DNA of 64,000 nucleotides, from the NCBI GenBank assembly GCA_021324265.1, contig JAJPJK010000004.1, forward strand, positions 64,811-128,810. Direction: 5' to 3'. Position 1 is the stretch's first letter. The number at the start of each line of letters is the position of its first letter. The notes under the pieces are model-generated. The model had not been told where the DNA came from, searched no databases, and was given only the letters and a program-made list of their open reading frames with translations. Position numbers and translations under genes: made by a program. Below are positions 10,070 through 20,000 of the stretch, piece by piece. The DNA is from Thermoproteota archaeon (lineage in GTDB: Archaea > Thermoproteota > Thermoprotei > Gearchaeales > Gearchaeaceae).

Positions 10070-10483
10070 TTATTTTAAATTCTTTAGAAAAACATCCATT
10101 GCTCTAATCAAACTAGAAAACTCTGGCTTTCTAAATGCACTCAACAATTCCCAAAAACCCATTCCTTTAGATTCCTTTTCGAATTCTTTCAAAGCTGCAT
10201 TGAGTGCTATTGGAAATTTCTCAAGATATTGAGCCAAAAATTCTTGATCAACATTTTTTAGGAATGATTCGAAAAACTTGGTTATTTGAGGCAAACTGTT
10301 AACGATCAACTTAGCTCTCTCCTCGTCTTCCAAGATTTTATTCAAAGAATCCAGAATGCCTTCGTCATTAAGCTTTGCGAGAAATCTAAGTAACTTGCCC
10401 ATGCCTATTACAGCGCTCTCTAGAACTGCAGGCTCCTTAGCAAACTGATTTGCAAATTGTTCAAAAGTATCATTCTTCTCCAT
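10070..10483 (-). CDS. Hypothetical small all-helical protein, possibly DUF1641-like.
   Basis: 137 aa, predicted helical, no TM segment. Sits between glnA and the 2-hydroxyacid dehydrogenase on the same strand. Confidence 0.3.
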   Translation of the reverse strand: MEKNDTFEQFANQFAKEPAVLESAVIGMGKLLRFLAKLNDEGILDSLNKILEDEERAKLIVNSLPQITKFFESFLKNVDQEFLAQYLEKFPIALNAALKEFEKESKGMGFWELLSAFRKPEFSSLIRAMDVFLKNLK

Positions 10484-10570
10484 TAAGAATGAAAAAGAAC
10501 CTTACATATAAAAAAGTGAAACGTGTATTAATTGTAGAATTTAAATAGAAATGAACCATTGAAGTTTAAC

Positions 10571-10587
10571 CTGTAATCGATTTACAG
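10571..10587 (-). terminator. Possible hairpin terminator downstream of glnA.
   Basis: Perfect inverted repeat CTGTAA-tcgat-TTACAG about 30 nt downstream of the glnA stop. A T-rich run follows further downstream on the minus strand. Confidence 0.2.
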
Positions 10588-10617
10588 ACAAAAAGATGTA
10601 GTCTAACTAGAAAATGA

Positions 10618-11919
10618 CTATCTATGCAGATAATTTTTGATTTCCCATTCAGTTACACTGGATCCCATACCTTTGTTTAAGGAAAAGAATTCCTTCCATT
10701 CATTCATTAAAAGCTCCCTGTAGCTTTCAGCAATTTCTTTACCGAGGGCTCTATAACAGATATCATCGCTATCCCAATAGTTCAATGCCTCATAAAGTGA
10801 AGAGGGTAAAGTTTCATATTTCTCCTTTGCCTCATAGACATTCTCTTCAGTGAAACCTTTAGGTTGAATCTTCTTATTGACTCCATCCAGACCTGCTTCA
10901 ACTAAGCATGGGAACAAGAAATATGGATTTGCAGTTGGATCTGGCAAACGTACCTCGATTCTGGCATCACTCTCCTTCAAATCGGAATAGTGAGGAACTC
11001 TTATCATCGCAGATCTGTTTGCCCAACCCCAGCTTACGTATACGGGAGCCTCAAAGCCTGGCCTGAGGCGACGGTAGCTATTGACAGTAGGTGCTGCTAC
11101 AGCTGCGATAGCCTTGGCATGTTCCAGTATTCCACCTATGAAATACTGACAGAATTGAGATAGGCCTTCTTTCTCATCGTAAAATAGGTTTCTTCCATCT
11201 TTTGCTAGGCTTAGGTGAACGTGCATTCCGCTGCCTGTTCTGTTAACCCAAGGCTTGGGCATGAATGTTGCCTGCCATCCAAACTTCTCCGCAACTTTCT
11301 TAGCAAAGAACTTGTAGGTTAGTATATTATCTGCAGTTCTTAGCATGGAAGAATATCTGAAATTAATTTCGCACTGTGAAGGACCTACTTCATGATGCAT
11401 CCTCTCGACTTCGATTCCCGCAAGCATTAGTGTGTCGCAAAATTCCATTCTAAATGCTTCTGTTTTATCTCTACCAGGATATTGATCAAAATACTGATTA
11501 CCCGGTGCTTCCTCTATAGGCTCCAAATTCATTGGATCTATCAAATAGAACTCTGGCTCCGCAGAGATCTTTACTTCGTATCCAATTCTCTTTTCATAAG
11601 TGCTACAGACATTTCTAGGATCTCTTCCAAATGATTCCCCCTTATTAGTCAAGACATCGCAGAAAAACTTTCCAACTCTTTTATTGTAAAAGTACATTGG
11701 TAGAGGACTAAAGGAAGAAGGATCTGCTTTCATTACGAAATCACTCTTATCAATTGTGGAATAACCTATGATAGAAGACCCATCAAACCCCAAACCTTCG
11801 TTGAGTGCATTCCTGACAAACTTATTTGGTATTGTTCTTCCTCTTAGTATGCCCAAGAAATCTACAATCCAAAGCATATAATAATCGAACCCTTCCAACT
11901 TGGAAGTCTCTATCTGCAT
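10618..11919 (-). CDS. glnA: Glutamine synthetase, type I.
   Basis: The NRSAMIRVP signature of the ATP-binding region is present. N-terminal beta-grasp and catalytic-domain motifs are also present. 433 aa. Confidence 0.9.
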   Translation of the reverse strand: MQIETSKLEGFDYYMLWIVDFLGILRGRTIPNKFVRNALNEGLGFDGSSIIGYSTIDKSDFVMKADPSSFSPLPMYFYNKRVGKFFCDVLTNKGESFGRDPRNVCSTYEKRIGYEVKISAEPEFYLIDPMNLEPIEEAPGNQYFDQYPGRDKTEAFRMEFCDTLMLAGIEVERMHHEVGPSQCEINFRYSSMLRTADNILTYKFFAKKVAEKFGWQATFMPKPWVNRTGSGMHVHLSLAKDGRNLFYDEKEGLSQFCQYFIGGILEHAKAIAAVAAPTVNSYRRLRPGFEAPVYVSWGWANRSAMIRVPHYSDLKESDARIEVRLPDPTANPYFLFPCLVEAGLDGVNKKIQPKGFTEENVYEAKEKYETLPSSLYEALNYWDSDDICYRALGKEIAESYRELLMNEWKEFFSLNKGMGSSVTEWEIKNYLHR

Positions 11920-12073
11920 TTGGTTTTAAGATATTTGTCTAGTATTTAAGTTATTCTCTGATCATATGATCAAAAATATCTTATACAAGAGACATTCAAA
12001 TAAAAAATAAACTTAATAACTGAAAATTTATTTAACCCAAATTCAGCTCAAAATCGTATAACTAAACGATTTT

Positions 12074-13552
12074 TCATTGCTTTATTTTGCGATTGTTCAA
12101 TCTCTCAATGTACTCTGTCTCAGGATATGACTTTAGTTTTCTATCCAAAACAACTATATTCAAAGGCAGCCAAGATTTATCTATTCTACCGACTCGCGAA
12201 TTATAATGAAGATAGTTCCAAACTTCGGATACATCAATATTCCTTCCCTTAAGTATCGCTACTGGCCTTTTTCCATAATTTTCATCATAGACTGCTGTAA
12301 AGCTAACTTCTGCATTATTAGCCACATCTCGAATAAGATTTTCCAAATAATATGTAGGTATGAAGTTCCTTCCTTCTTTCATAGCCTTATTTATTTTCCC
12401 TAAATAAACTATCCCTCCATCTTCTTTTTTAAGTCCAAGATCCCCGGTTCGATACCATCCATCAAAATAAAGGTTTTTTTCAGAACTGTAGAAAATCTTT
12501 GGGATCCATACAGATTTACATACAATTTCTCCCGGTTCATTAATGTTTGCTTCCTGAAAATCATCTTTTATGATTTTCATTTCTACGAAAGGAAGTGGAT
12601 ATACCTTGTTTGGTTCTCTTCCTTTTTCACTTTTCCCACGATTCATTGAAACTCCTAAGGCTAAAAGAAGTTCTGAACCGTAAATATAAATATAGTTTAC
12701 TCCAGCGCTTCTCAAATCAGCATCTAAACGAGGAGAAATCAAACCGCCTCCAATTAGTGCCTTTAGATTCCCAAGATTCGATCTTTCTCTAACCAACGAT
12801 TGCATCATTTTAGGGACTGCTAAAATAAACGTAATACCCTCATTTTCGATGAGCCTAAAGATATAGTCAGGACTGAAGGTGTCAACTAATACGAGTTTAG
12901 CACCTATTAATGGGGCAAAGAAAATCGACCCCCATGAGAAAACATTATTGATATTTATAAGACTTAAAATAGCGTCGGTATGATTCATTAGCATTGAAGG
13001 ATTTGCAATAGAGAGTTGAGAAATCATCGATAGCGTTAAGCTAGGGAAATGATATTGGGAGTAAAGAATTCCCCTTAAATTTTCTTCATCATCATTAAAG
13101 AAAAGCGCGAAATCTGATTTTATATCTGGTGCGGCAAATATAGGCTCATTACTTCTTACCCACTCTGTGTAATTCTCAAGACTAAAATAATTTACATTCA
13201 GCATTTCCATTAGACTTTCGAAAGGCCTACTACAGAAAACTGCCTTTGGTTTTGCTATGTCAAAGGTCCTTTTAATAAATGAATAAGATGTTCTGAAGTT
13301 AACAGGATAGACAATGGCATTCACTAAGCTTGCAGCATAAATGAGAGAAACATACCTTAAAGTGTTAAAATCGAAAACCGCTATTACATCACCGTCTCCT
13401 ATACCTTCTCTTCGCAAAAAGCTTGCGATCCTTAAAGAATCTTCATATAATTTCTTATAAGTAGTACGACCGTCAGAAGCCAAGATTTCTTGATTGGGAA
13501 AAATTGAAACTGCACGTTTTAAAGCGTGAATAATGCCAAATGTATGCGGCAT
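12074..13552 (-). CDS. AMP-dependent synthetase/ligase (acyl-CoA synthetase family).
   Basis: ANL-superfamily YRTGDLG motif. C-terminal KxxxK region. About 492 aa. Confidence 0.7.
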   Translation of the reverse strand: MPHTFGIIHALKRAVSIFPNQEILASDGRTTYKKLYEDSLRIASFLRREGIGDGDVIAVFDFNTLRYVSLIYAASLVNAIVYPVNFRTSYSFIKRTFDIAKPKAVFCSRPFESLMEMLNVNYFSLENYTEWVRSNEPIFAAPDIKSDFALFFNDDEENLRGILYSQYHFPSLTLSMISQLSIANPSMLMNHTDAILSLININNVFSWGSIFFAPLIGAKLVLVDTFSPDYIFRLIENEGITFILAVPKMMQSLVRERSNLGNLKALIGGGLISPRLDADLRSAGVNYIYIYGSELLLALGVSMNRGKSEKGREPNKVYPLPFVEMKIIKDDFQEANINEPGEIVCKSVWIPKIFYSSEKNLYFDGWYRTGDLGLKKEDGGIVYLGKINKAMKEGRNFIPTYYLENLIRDVANNAEVSFTAVYDENYGKRPVAILKGRNIDVSEVWNYLHYNSRVGRIDKSWLPLNIVVLDRKLKSYPETEYIERLNNRKIKQ

Positions 13553-13718
13553 ACCCTTAGGTATAAATCAATGCATACTAATAAATTTTTCACCATACTT
13601 AAAGTTCAAGAATAAGAGAAAACATTTTCAGAAGATTATTTATCCAATATAAGTGGTTCTTTAATTTTTTTCTAAATTGGCTTTTTAACCGTTTATTAGA
13701 TCGGATTAAGTAATTCCT

Positions 13719-14465
13719 TTGATGGAATCTATAAGGATTGAGATAATGGGGAATAAGTTATACTTTCTCTTCAACAGAAAAGAAAAGAACAATGCATTTT
13801 CAAAAGAGATGTTGAATGAGATTAATAAAAGTCTAGAAGAAGTAACTAAAAACGAAGAAATCAAATATGTCATCTTCAGAGGAGAAAATGGATGCTTCGG
13901 CGCAGGAGCTGATTTAAGAGAAGTACAGGAGCTCACTAATAATTCGCTTAAAGCAAGAGAGTTTGCCTATGCACTGAACTCCTTCTTTAGAAAAGTAGCG
14001 GAGATGAACAAAATAACTATAGCATTAGTCGAGGGATTTGCAATAGGTGCGCATTTAGAGCTGCTAATGTTTACTGATATAAACATCGCACAGACAAATA
14101 CTTATTTCAGTACAGGAGGCGTAAGGATGGGTCTAATGCCGGCCGAATTATCTGCAATATACCTACTTTTTTTCGGTAAAAAGTTTTGGAGGTACATAAT
14201 CACAGCTGAAAGATTCAATGCAGAAGTTGCTAAAGAATTGGGTATCATAGATTTCGTAGCTGATAATCCTATGGACAAGCTCAAAGAGGTCATTGAATCT
14301 TTGGATGCTTGTGACTTCCTCGCCATTCAAAAGGCAAAGAAGCTTATGCAAGATTTTCTAAGATTGTATGAAAAAAATTTTGATAAAGCAAAAGATGAAT
14401 TCGCAGATCTTATTATTTATGGAAAAGCTAAAGAAAGAATCAAAAGCTTCTTTGAAAAAAGATAG
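13719..14465 (+). CDS. Enoyl-CoA hydratase/isomerase (crotonase family).
   Basis: Oxyanion-hole motif GENGCFGAGADL plus the helix GFAIGAHLELLMFTD. 248 aa. Confidence 0.8.
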   Translation: MMESIRIEIMGNKLYFLFNRKEKNNAFSKEMLNEINKSLEEVTKNEEIKYVIFRGENGCFGAGADLREVQELTNNSLKAREFAYALNSFFRKVAEMNKITIALVEGFAIGAHLELLMFTDINIAQTNTYFSTGGVRMGLMPAELSAIYLLFFGKKFWRYIITAERFNAEVAKELGIIDFVADNPMDKLKEVIESLDACDFLAIQKAKKLMQDFLRLYEKNFDKAKDEFADLIIYGKAKERIKSFFEKR

Positions 14466-14495
14466 CTTAAAATATGAATAATATAAATTGGGTTA

Positions 14496-14690
14496 ATGAG
14501 CCAAGGATCTATTACAGCTTCAATTGCAGAAAGGCTTAAGGCTATAGTAGAAAAATCGAGAAGAGGAGAAAGTATAACTGATTCTGACATCATAATTCTC
14601 TACCTCGATTTCATTACTGTAGAAATAAAGGAGCTAAAAGAAAAAGTCGATAGTCTTGAAAAAGAATTGCAAAAAATAAAACAAAATTAA
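14496..14690 (+). CDS. Hypothetical small coiled-coil protein (64 aa); may be spurious.
   Basis: Fills the gap between the crotonase and the convergent CGS gene. Heptad-like EIKELKEKVDSLEKELQKIK. No homology recognised. Confidence 0.25.
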   Translation: MSQGSITASIAERLKAIVEKSRRGESITDSDIIILYLDFITVEIKELKEKVDSLEKELQKIKQN

Positions 14691-15892
14691 GAGACAGCTT
14701 CTAATGCTTGAGAAAAGTCTTTTTCAATATCCTCATAGTCTTCAATTCCAACAGATACCCTTATAAGACCTTCATTTATATTCATTCGCATTCTCTCTTC
14801 AATACTTAGTTGTCTATGACTTGTTTCAAGCGGTAAAGTAACGAGAGTTTCTACGCCTCCAAGACTCGGAGCCACTATGCATAACTTCAAGGCCCTTATG
14901 AACTTTTTAGCAGCTTCATATCCGCCTTTTAGTTCAAAGGAAAGCATAGCACCAAAGCCATTCAATACTTTCTTAGCTAGATCATGATATTCATTGTTCT
15001 CGAGACCAGGATAATTAACCTTCGAAACCTTCTCATTTTGGCTTAGAAACTTAGCCAATTTCATAGCATTACTTTGTTGCCTTTCCATCCTTAATGCTAG
15101 TGTTTTTATACCCCTAAGTGCAAGATATACGCTAAAGGGCTCAGGAATACAGCCCAGCGTACTTCTATATTCGACCACTTTTTCATAAATGCTTTTTGAA
15201 TTCGTCGCAAAAAGCCCCATTATCAAGTCGCTATGACCTCCGATGTATTTCGTTGCGCTATGAAGCACTACGCTCGCACCAAAATCTAATGGCCTTTGAA
15301 GATATGGCGATGCAAAAGTAGCATCTACAAATAAGTCGATACCTTTTTCAATGCAGTATTCTGCAACAGTTTTGATATCGCATACTTGCATTGTAGGGTT
15401 AGTTATAGATTCAACATAGAAAACCTTGTATTCCTTTGCTGGAATTTCAAGAGCATTGAGAGAGTCAACAGAAACGAAATCTACTTGTATCCCTAAATTA
15501 GTCGAAACTTCCTTAAAGAATTCATATGTTTGACCATATAATTGATTTAGCGCCAAAATCCTTTCTCCTTGCTTAACAGCACTCATTATACTAGTTGTTA
15601 TTGCAGCCATTCCGGAAGAAAATGAAAGAGCATAGGATGCATTCTCAAGCGCAGCATATTTCTGCTCAAAAGATGTAAAGGTCGGATTTCCCAAGCGTGT
15701 ATATAAATATGGCTTATTCCTAGTTGGATCTATATATTTTTCTTGGCTTTCATTGGGCGAAAGATACGTTGAGCTTAGAAATATAGGCGTTATTACATTT
15801 CCAAACCTCTTATCGATGAGCTCCCCTGCATGGACAGCTTTCGTGCTGAATCCCTTTATAACCATACGATTATTCACCATCCCTTTTTTCAT
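14687..15892 (-). CDS. Cystathionine gamma-synthase / gamma-lyase family PLP enzyme (Cys/Met metabolism).
   Basis: PLP-lysine motif SATKYIGGHSD. N-terminal LGNPTFTSFEQKYAALE. About 401 aa. Confidence 0.8.
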   Translation of the reverse strand: MKKGMVNNRMVIKGFSTKAVHAGELIDKRFGNVITPIFLSSTYLSPNESQEKYIDPTRNKPYLYTRLGNPTFTSFEQKYAALENASYALSFSSGMAAITTSIMSAVKQGERILALNQLYGQTYEFFKEVSTNLGIQVDFVSVDSLNALEIPAKEYKVFYVESITNPTMQVCDIKTVAEYCIEKGIDLFVDATFASPYLQRPLDFGASVVLHSATKYIGGHSDLIMGLFATNSKSIYEKVVEYRSTLGCIPEPFSVYLALRGIKTLALRMERQQSNAMKLAKFLSQNEKVSKVNYPGLENNEYHDLAKKVLNGFGAMLSFELKGGYEAAKKFIRALKLCIVAPSLGGVETLVTLPLETSHRQLSIEERMRMNINEGLIRVSVGIEDYEDIEKDFSQALEAVS

Positions 15893-17092
15893 AATTCCTA
15901 TAATATTCAGCGAATCTCATTATTCCTTCTTCTATTTCCTGAATAGAAGGTCTGCTGAAATTAAGCCTAATCCTGTTCTCGCCACCTTGAACATGGAACT
16001 TCTTCGCTGGTATTGTAGCTACTGCTTTATTCTCCAATAAATCATTGGAAAATTTCTCTCCATCAATGTTTGGAAGTTCTAGCATTATGAACATACCTCC
16101 TTTTGGCTCAATAAAACGAGCTTCAGAAATCCTATCTTTTAGAAGCCCGAGCATAACACGTAGCTTCTCTTGATATACTCTTTTGGCTTTCTCTATGCTT
16201 CTTTCATAAATTCTCCTTTTTAGGAATTCAATAGCCAAATACTGCGATATTGTAGGTGGACAAAATTCGATTTGTTGTTTCTCAGCTATAATGAGCTTTC
16301 TTAAATCGTTGGAGCAGCAAGCCAACCTATTCTAAATCCTGTACCCATGATCTTGCTCAAAGTACCAGTAGCAATGACCCTGCCCTCTTTATCCATGGAT
16401 TTAAGTGTAGGTAACGTATGTTCACCGAAATATAGATAGTTATATGCTGTATCTTCCAAAATCAATAGGTCATATTTTGTAGCTATTTCTAAGAGATTTT
16501 TCCTTCTCTCAAGGCTCATCGTAACACCTGCTGGATTCTGACAAGTAGGTATGGTGTAAATGAATTTAACACGATTAAGCTTTTCTCCAAGATTTTTTAG
16601 CGTTTTCTCAAGCTCCTCCACATTCATACCATTTTCATCGATATTCACTCCAATGAGATCAGCTCCTAACTGTCTAAACGCTAGGAGGGTATTGATGTAA
16701 GAGGGATTTTCCAAGATTACTATGTCTCCTGAATCCACTAATATCCTTGCGAGAAGATCTATTGCCACAGTTGAACCTCCTGTAAGAATTAGCTCATCGC
16801 TACTTACGGTAAAATCATATCTCGAAATGAACTTGGAAAGCTCCTCCCTCAGCTCTTCGAGACCAATGGATGGTGTATAGAGAACCGATGAAGGTATATC
16901 GTGCAGAATTTCCTGAGAAATCTTCGAAAGCTCCTCCCTGGGCAAAACATTAGGATCAGGATCACCTGCGGCAAAGGAAATAACTTTTATACCCTTCTTT
17001 GCAATTTCATTAATTTTAGAAATTATGCTTGAAAGCGGAGAAGGTTGAATAAGCGATGCCCTTTCACTTAAGAACCTACTGTATCCTGGCAT
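15870..17092 (-). pseudogene. Class I/II aminotransferase split by a 1-nt frameshift into two ORFs.
   Basis: The N-terminal ORF (17092-16301) carries the PLP-lysine motif TGTLSKIMGTGFRIGWLAAP. The C-terminal ORF (16325-15870, TTG start) continues the family pattern ...NDLRKLI...CPPTISQYLAIEFL... in the -1 frame. Together they make about 410 aa. Confidence 0.7.
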
Positions 17093-17292
17093 AGACTCTT
17101 ATATCCTGGTTACAAATAAAGCATAACTTTCTTTGACTGTGAACTCGTATTGTTTATTTGTTTTTGGAATTTAAACGATTGGAAATTTTATGGAATAACT
17201 CATTCCAATATTTAGAGGTTACACAGTAAACATGGGCATTTCGAGCATACTTGAAGTTCGCAAAATCAACATTGATTCCAACATAACTAAAA

Positions 17293-18972
17293 TCAATGCA
17301 ACTTTCTTTCGAGAAAACTTAATATAAGCTCGTACATCTCTATCCTATTATTCTCCTTTCTTATGCTGTGTCCTTCATCCGTAAAGATTTTGAGCTCGAA
17401 ATCCTTTCCTAAATTTTTGAGTCTTTCTTCCATCTGTTGAACTTCCTCAAGGGGGCATCTAGGATCATTTGCGCTTTGAATCAAAAGTATCGGAGCTCTT
17501 AAGTTTTCTAAAAAGAATATCGGAGATCTATCGTAAAATAATGACTTATCCATCTTCATAGAATCATAGCTTTTCAAGTAATCCGCTTCCTTCTCAAATT
17601 CAGTGTACCAGTTATAGAAGCCGACGATCGCCACTCCTGCGTCCCAAATCTCAGGCTCCTTGACCAAACAAAGAGCAGTTAAATAGCCGCCATAGGAAGC
17701 ACCTAAAGCAACTATTTTCTTTGCGCCCAAGCGCTGAACATATCTTGCAGCATAAATAACATCACGCATATCTCCACCTCCTAAGTCCTTATCATTAAGA
17801 TGGAGAAATGATTTCCCAAAACCTGTGCTTCCTCTATAATTTGGCATTATTACCAAGTAATTTTTCAAGGCCAAGAGCTGCGATATAGGATTCCATGCGT
17901 CCATTGCATGGGCATCAGGACCTCCATGAATGTTTACTACAGCGATCCCATTCCATATTCTGGGTACATAGAGAATTGCATGAATCTTTCTTCCATCGAA
18001 GCTCTCATAATATGTACTCTCAGCATTAATGAGCTCGCCTTTCAGGCATTCCGGTGTGTTATCTATTAGCTCTAATTCACCAAGAAATAGGCTATTGGGC
18101 TTATAAGAAGTGTTTTTCACATAAACGAGTTGCTTGCCCATTATTTCATACTCGCTAACTCCCTCAGCAACGCTGCTTAAGCCTGAACAAAGGCGTTTCA
18201 ATATATTTTTTCCATCTTCAAACTCAATGAATGTTATCGAATTGCCAGCATATTTTGGTAAAAATTTCTCATGTTTGCTCTTATATATCCATCTCCAGCT
18301 CCTTTTGTCCACGTCATACTCTCCAACGTCGAAATATTCATCCGAATTGGAAGTGAAGAGAAATTTTCTCCTTCCTATATCAACTCCCCCCAGAAAGGTT
18401 TCCGATTTTTCAAACTTGAGCAATATAACGTCTGTATAGTTATTCAGGTTGAAAAGCCTGATCTCAGTATCGTATATACCCTTTACATAGAGTATTTCAT
18501 CATTGCTAAGCCAGTCAAAGCTGAATATTGGATCGCTCCAGCCTGTGAGTTCTTTTATTACTCCATTTTCAAATAAGTAGAGTTGCGAAGGTTTCCCTTC
18601 TTTATTAGATAACATGGCAATTTTCTCGTCATTCAAGCTAAACTTTGGAGAATTGTAATAATGTGAAGAATCATTCGTGAGATTTTTCTCTTCATTCGTG
18701 GAAAGGTCGCGAAGAATTACTTGATAGTTCTCGTCACCTTCATGATCCATAAGATAAAGGATGGATTTCCCGTTATGAGAAAGGAAAGGTTCCAAATAAG
18801 AATCTTTTCCAGTGGTTATCCTAGATAGTAATTTACTAGATAAACTATAGATATATACATCCCATTTGCCTTCCTTATTCCAGTTGAAGGCTATGCAATT
18901 ATTTTTCTCGTTAATATTAACATTTAAGACGGCTCTAGTTTTTGCAATGACCTCATGGATTTCATCTTGCAT
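17293..18972 (-). CDS. S9-family serine peptidase (prolyl oligopeptidase / acylaminoacyl-peptidase-like) with an N-terminal beta-propeller.
   Basis: Nucleophile motif GASYGGYL. Asp and His residues are present in the C-terminal alpha/beta-hydrolase domain. The N-terminal ~330 aa are propeller-like. Confidence 0.8.
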   Translation of the reverse strand: MQDEIHEVIAKTRAVLNVNINEKNNCIAFNWNKEGKWDVYIYSLSSKLLSRITTGKDSYLEPFLSHNGKSILYLMDHEGDENYQVILRDLSTNEEKNLTNDSSHYYNSPKFSLNDEKIAMLSNKEGKPSQLYLFENGVIKELTGWSDPIFSFDWLSNDEILYVKGIYDTEIRLFNLNNYTDVILLKFEKSETFLGGVDIGRRKFLFTSNSDEYFDVGEYDVDKRSWRWIYKSKHEKFLPKYAGNSITFIEFEDGKNILKRLCSGLSSVAEGVSEYEIMGKQLVYVKNTSYKPNSLFLGELELIDNTPECLKGELINAESTYYESFDGRKIHAILYVPRIWNGIAVVNIHGGPDAHAMDAWNPISQLLALKNYLVIMPNYRGSTGFGKSFLHLNDKDLGGGDMRDVIYAARYVQRLGAKKIVALGASYGGYLTALCLVKEPEIWDAGVAIVGFYNWYTEFEKEADYLKSYDSMKMDKSLFYDRSPIFFLENLRAPILLIQSANDPRCPLEEVQQMEERLKNLGKDFELKIFTDEGHSIRKENNRIEMYELILSFLERKLH

Positions 18973-19027
18973 ATCCTAATAGTATAAGCTATGCTTAAAT
19001 TGAAATCTTACAACTCCATTACACCTT

Positions 19028-19852
19028 ATGACATTTTCAATAGTAATTTATGACCCAGATGAAAAAGCCTGGGGCGTAGGCGTTGCTAGCAAATTTCTAG
19101 CAGTGGGAGCATTCGTGCCATGGGTGAAGGCTGGTATTGGCGCAATAGCCACACAATCTCTGGCAAATCTAGAGTATGGAACGAAAGGATTAGAGCTACT
19201 CGAGAAATATAATGCAGAAGAATGCTTGAGGAAACTCATATCTGGAGACCCACTTAGAGAGAAAAGGCAAGTAGGACTTGTCGATTCCAAAGGAAATAGT
19301 GCCGCATTTACTGGCAAAGAATGCTACCCTTATGCAGGCCATATTACAGGGGAACACTACTCTGTTCAAGGAAACATACTCGCAGGTCAAGAAGTACTCG
19401 AGGCCATGGCTAAGGAAGCTGAGAGAAAGGGAAGTATATACGAAAAAATAATTCGTGCATTGAAGGCAGGTGAAGCAAAAGGTGGAGATAGAAGAGGAAA
19501 GCAAAGCGCTGCAATGCTAATAGCGAAGATTCCGAGAAAAAGTGAAGCTGAGTTCGATCCTTTAACAGTTGGTAAGTTTGTAGACATTCGCATCGATGAC
19601 CACACTGAGCCAGTTAAGGAACTTGAAAGAATTTTGGAAATATGGATCGCTACTTTCTTAGAAGAAGAAATGGTAGAAGTAAGAGCATACGAAAAGGAAA
19701 TAGCTTTAGCATTGAGGAAGCTAGGATATGAGAATTTGACCGCGTGGATAGAATTAAATAATTTCGAAAGTAAATATACAGGCGAAAAAATTGGTAAAAG
19801 CGTACTTAATATTTTATTAAAACAAGCACAAATCACAAAAATTAATCAATAA
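19028..19852 (+). CDS. DUF1028 family protein (Ntn-hydrolase-like fold) with a C-terminal ~100 aa extension.
   Basis: N-terminus MTFSIVIYDPDEKAWGVGVASKFLAVGAFVPWVKAGIGAIATQSLAN matches the conserved DUF1028 start (TFSIV...GVAV.SKFLAVG...ARAGVGAVATQ). Confidence 0.7.
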   Translation: MTFSIVIYDPDEKAWGVGVASKFLAVGAFVPWVKAGIGAIATQSLANLEYGTKGLELLEKYNAEECLRKLISGDPLREKRQVGLVDSKGNSAAFTGKECYPYAGHITGEHYSVQGNILAGQEVLEAMAKEAERKGSIYEKIIRALKAGEAKGGDRRGKQSAAMLIAKIPRKSEAEFDPLTVGKFVDIRIDDHTEPVKELERILEIWIATFLEEEMVEVRAYEKEIALALRKLGYENLTAWIELNNFESKYTGEKIGKSVLNILLKQAQITKINQ

Positions 19853-20000
19853 ACTTATTATAATTGAGTATTACTAGATTCAAATACTAAAGTTTCCTCT
19901 TAAGAAATAACTTAGCTCTTAAGGAATTTATCATAATATTTAATAAGTCCATAATCATGTGATAGATAAAATAATATATTGCTTAATTTACTAGATTGAT

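Noticed and set aside
19861-19995. 10-bp direct repeat ttactagatt at about 19871 and 19989, and a duplicated ctcttaag motif in the 148-bp gap before the PBP-like gene.
   Set aside because: Too short and AT-rich to tell from chance in a ~36% GC genome. There is no flanking mobile-element gene.
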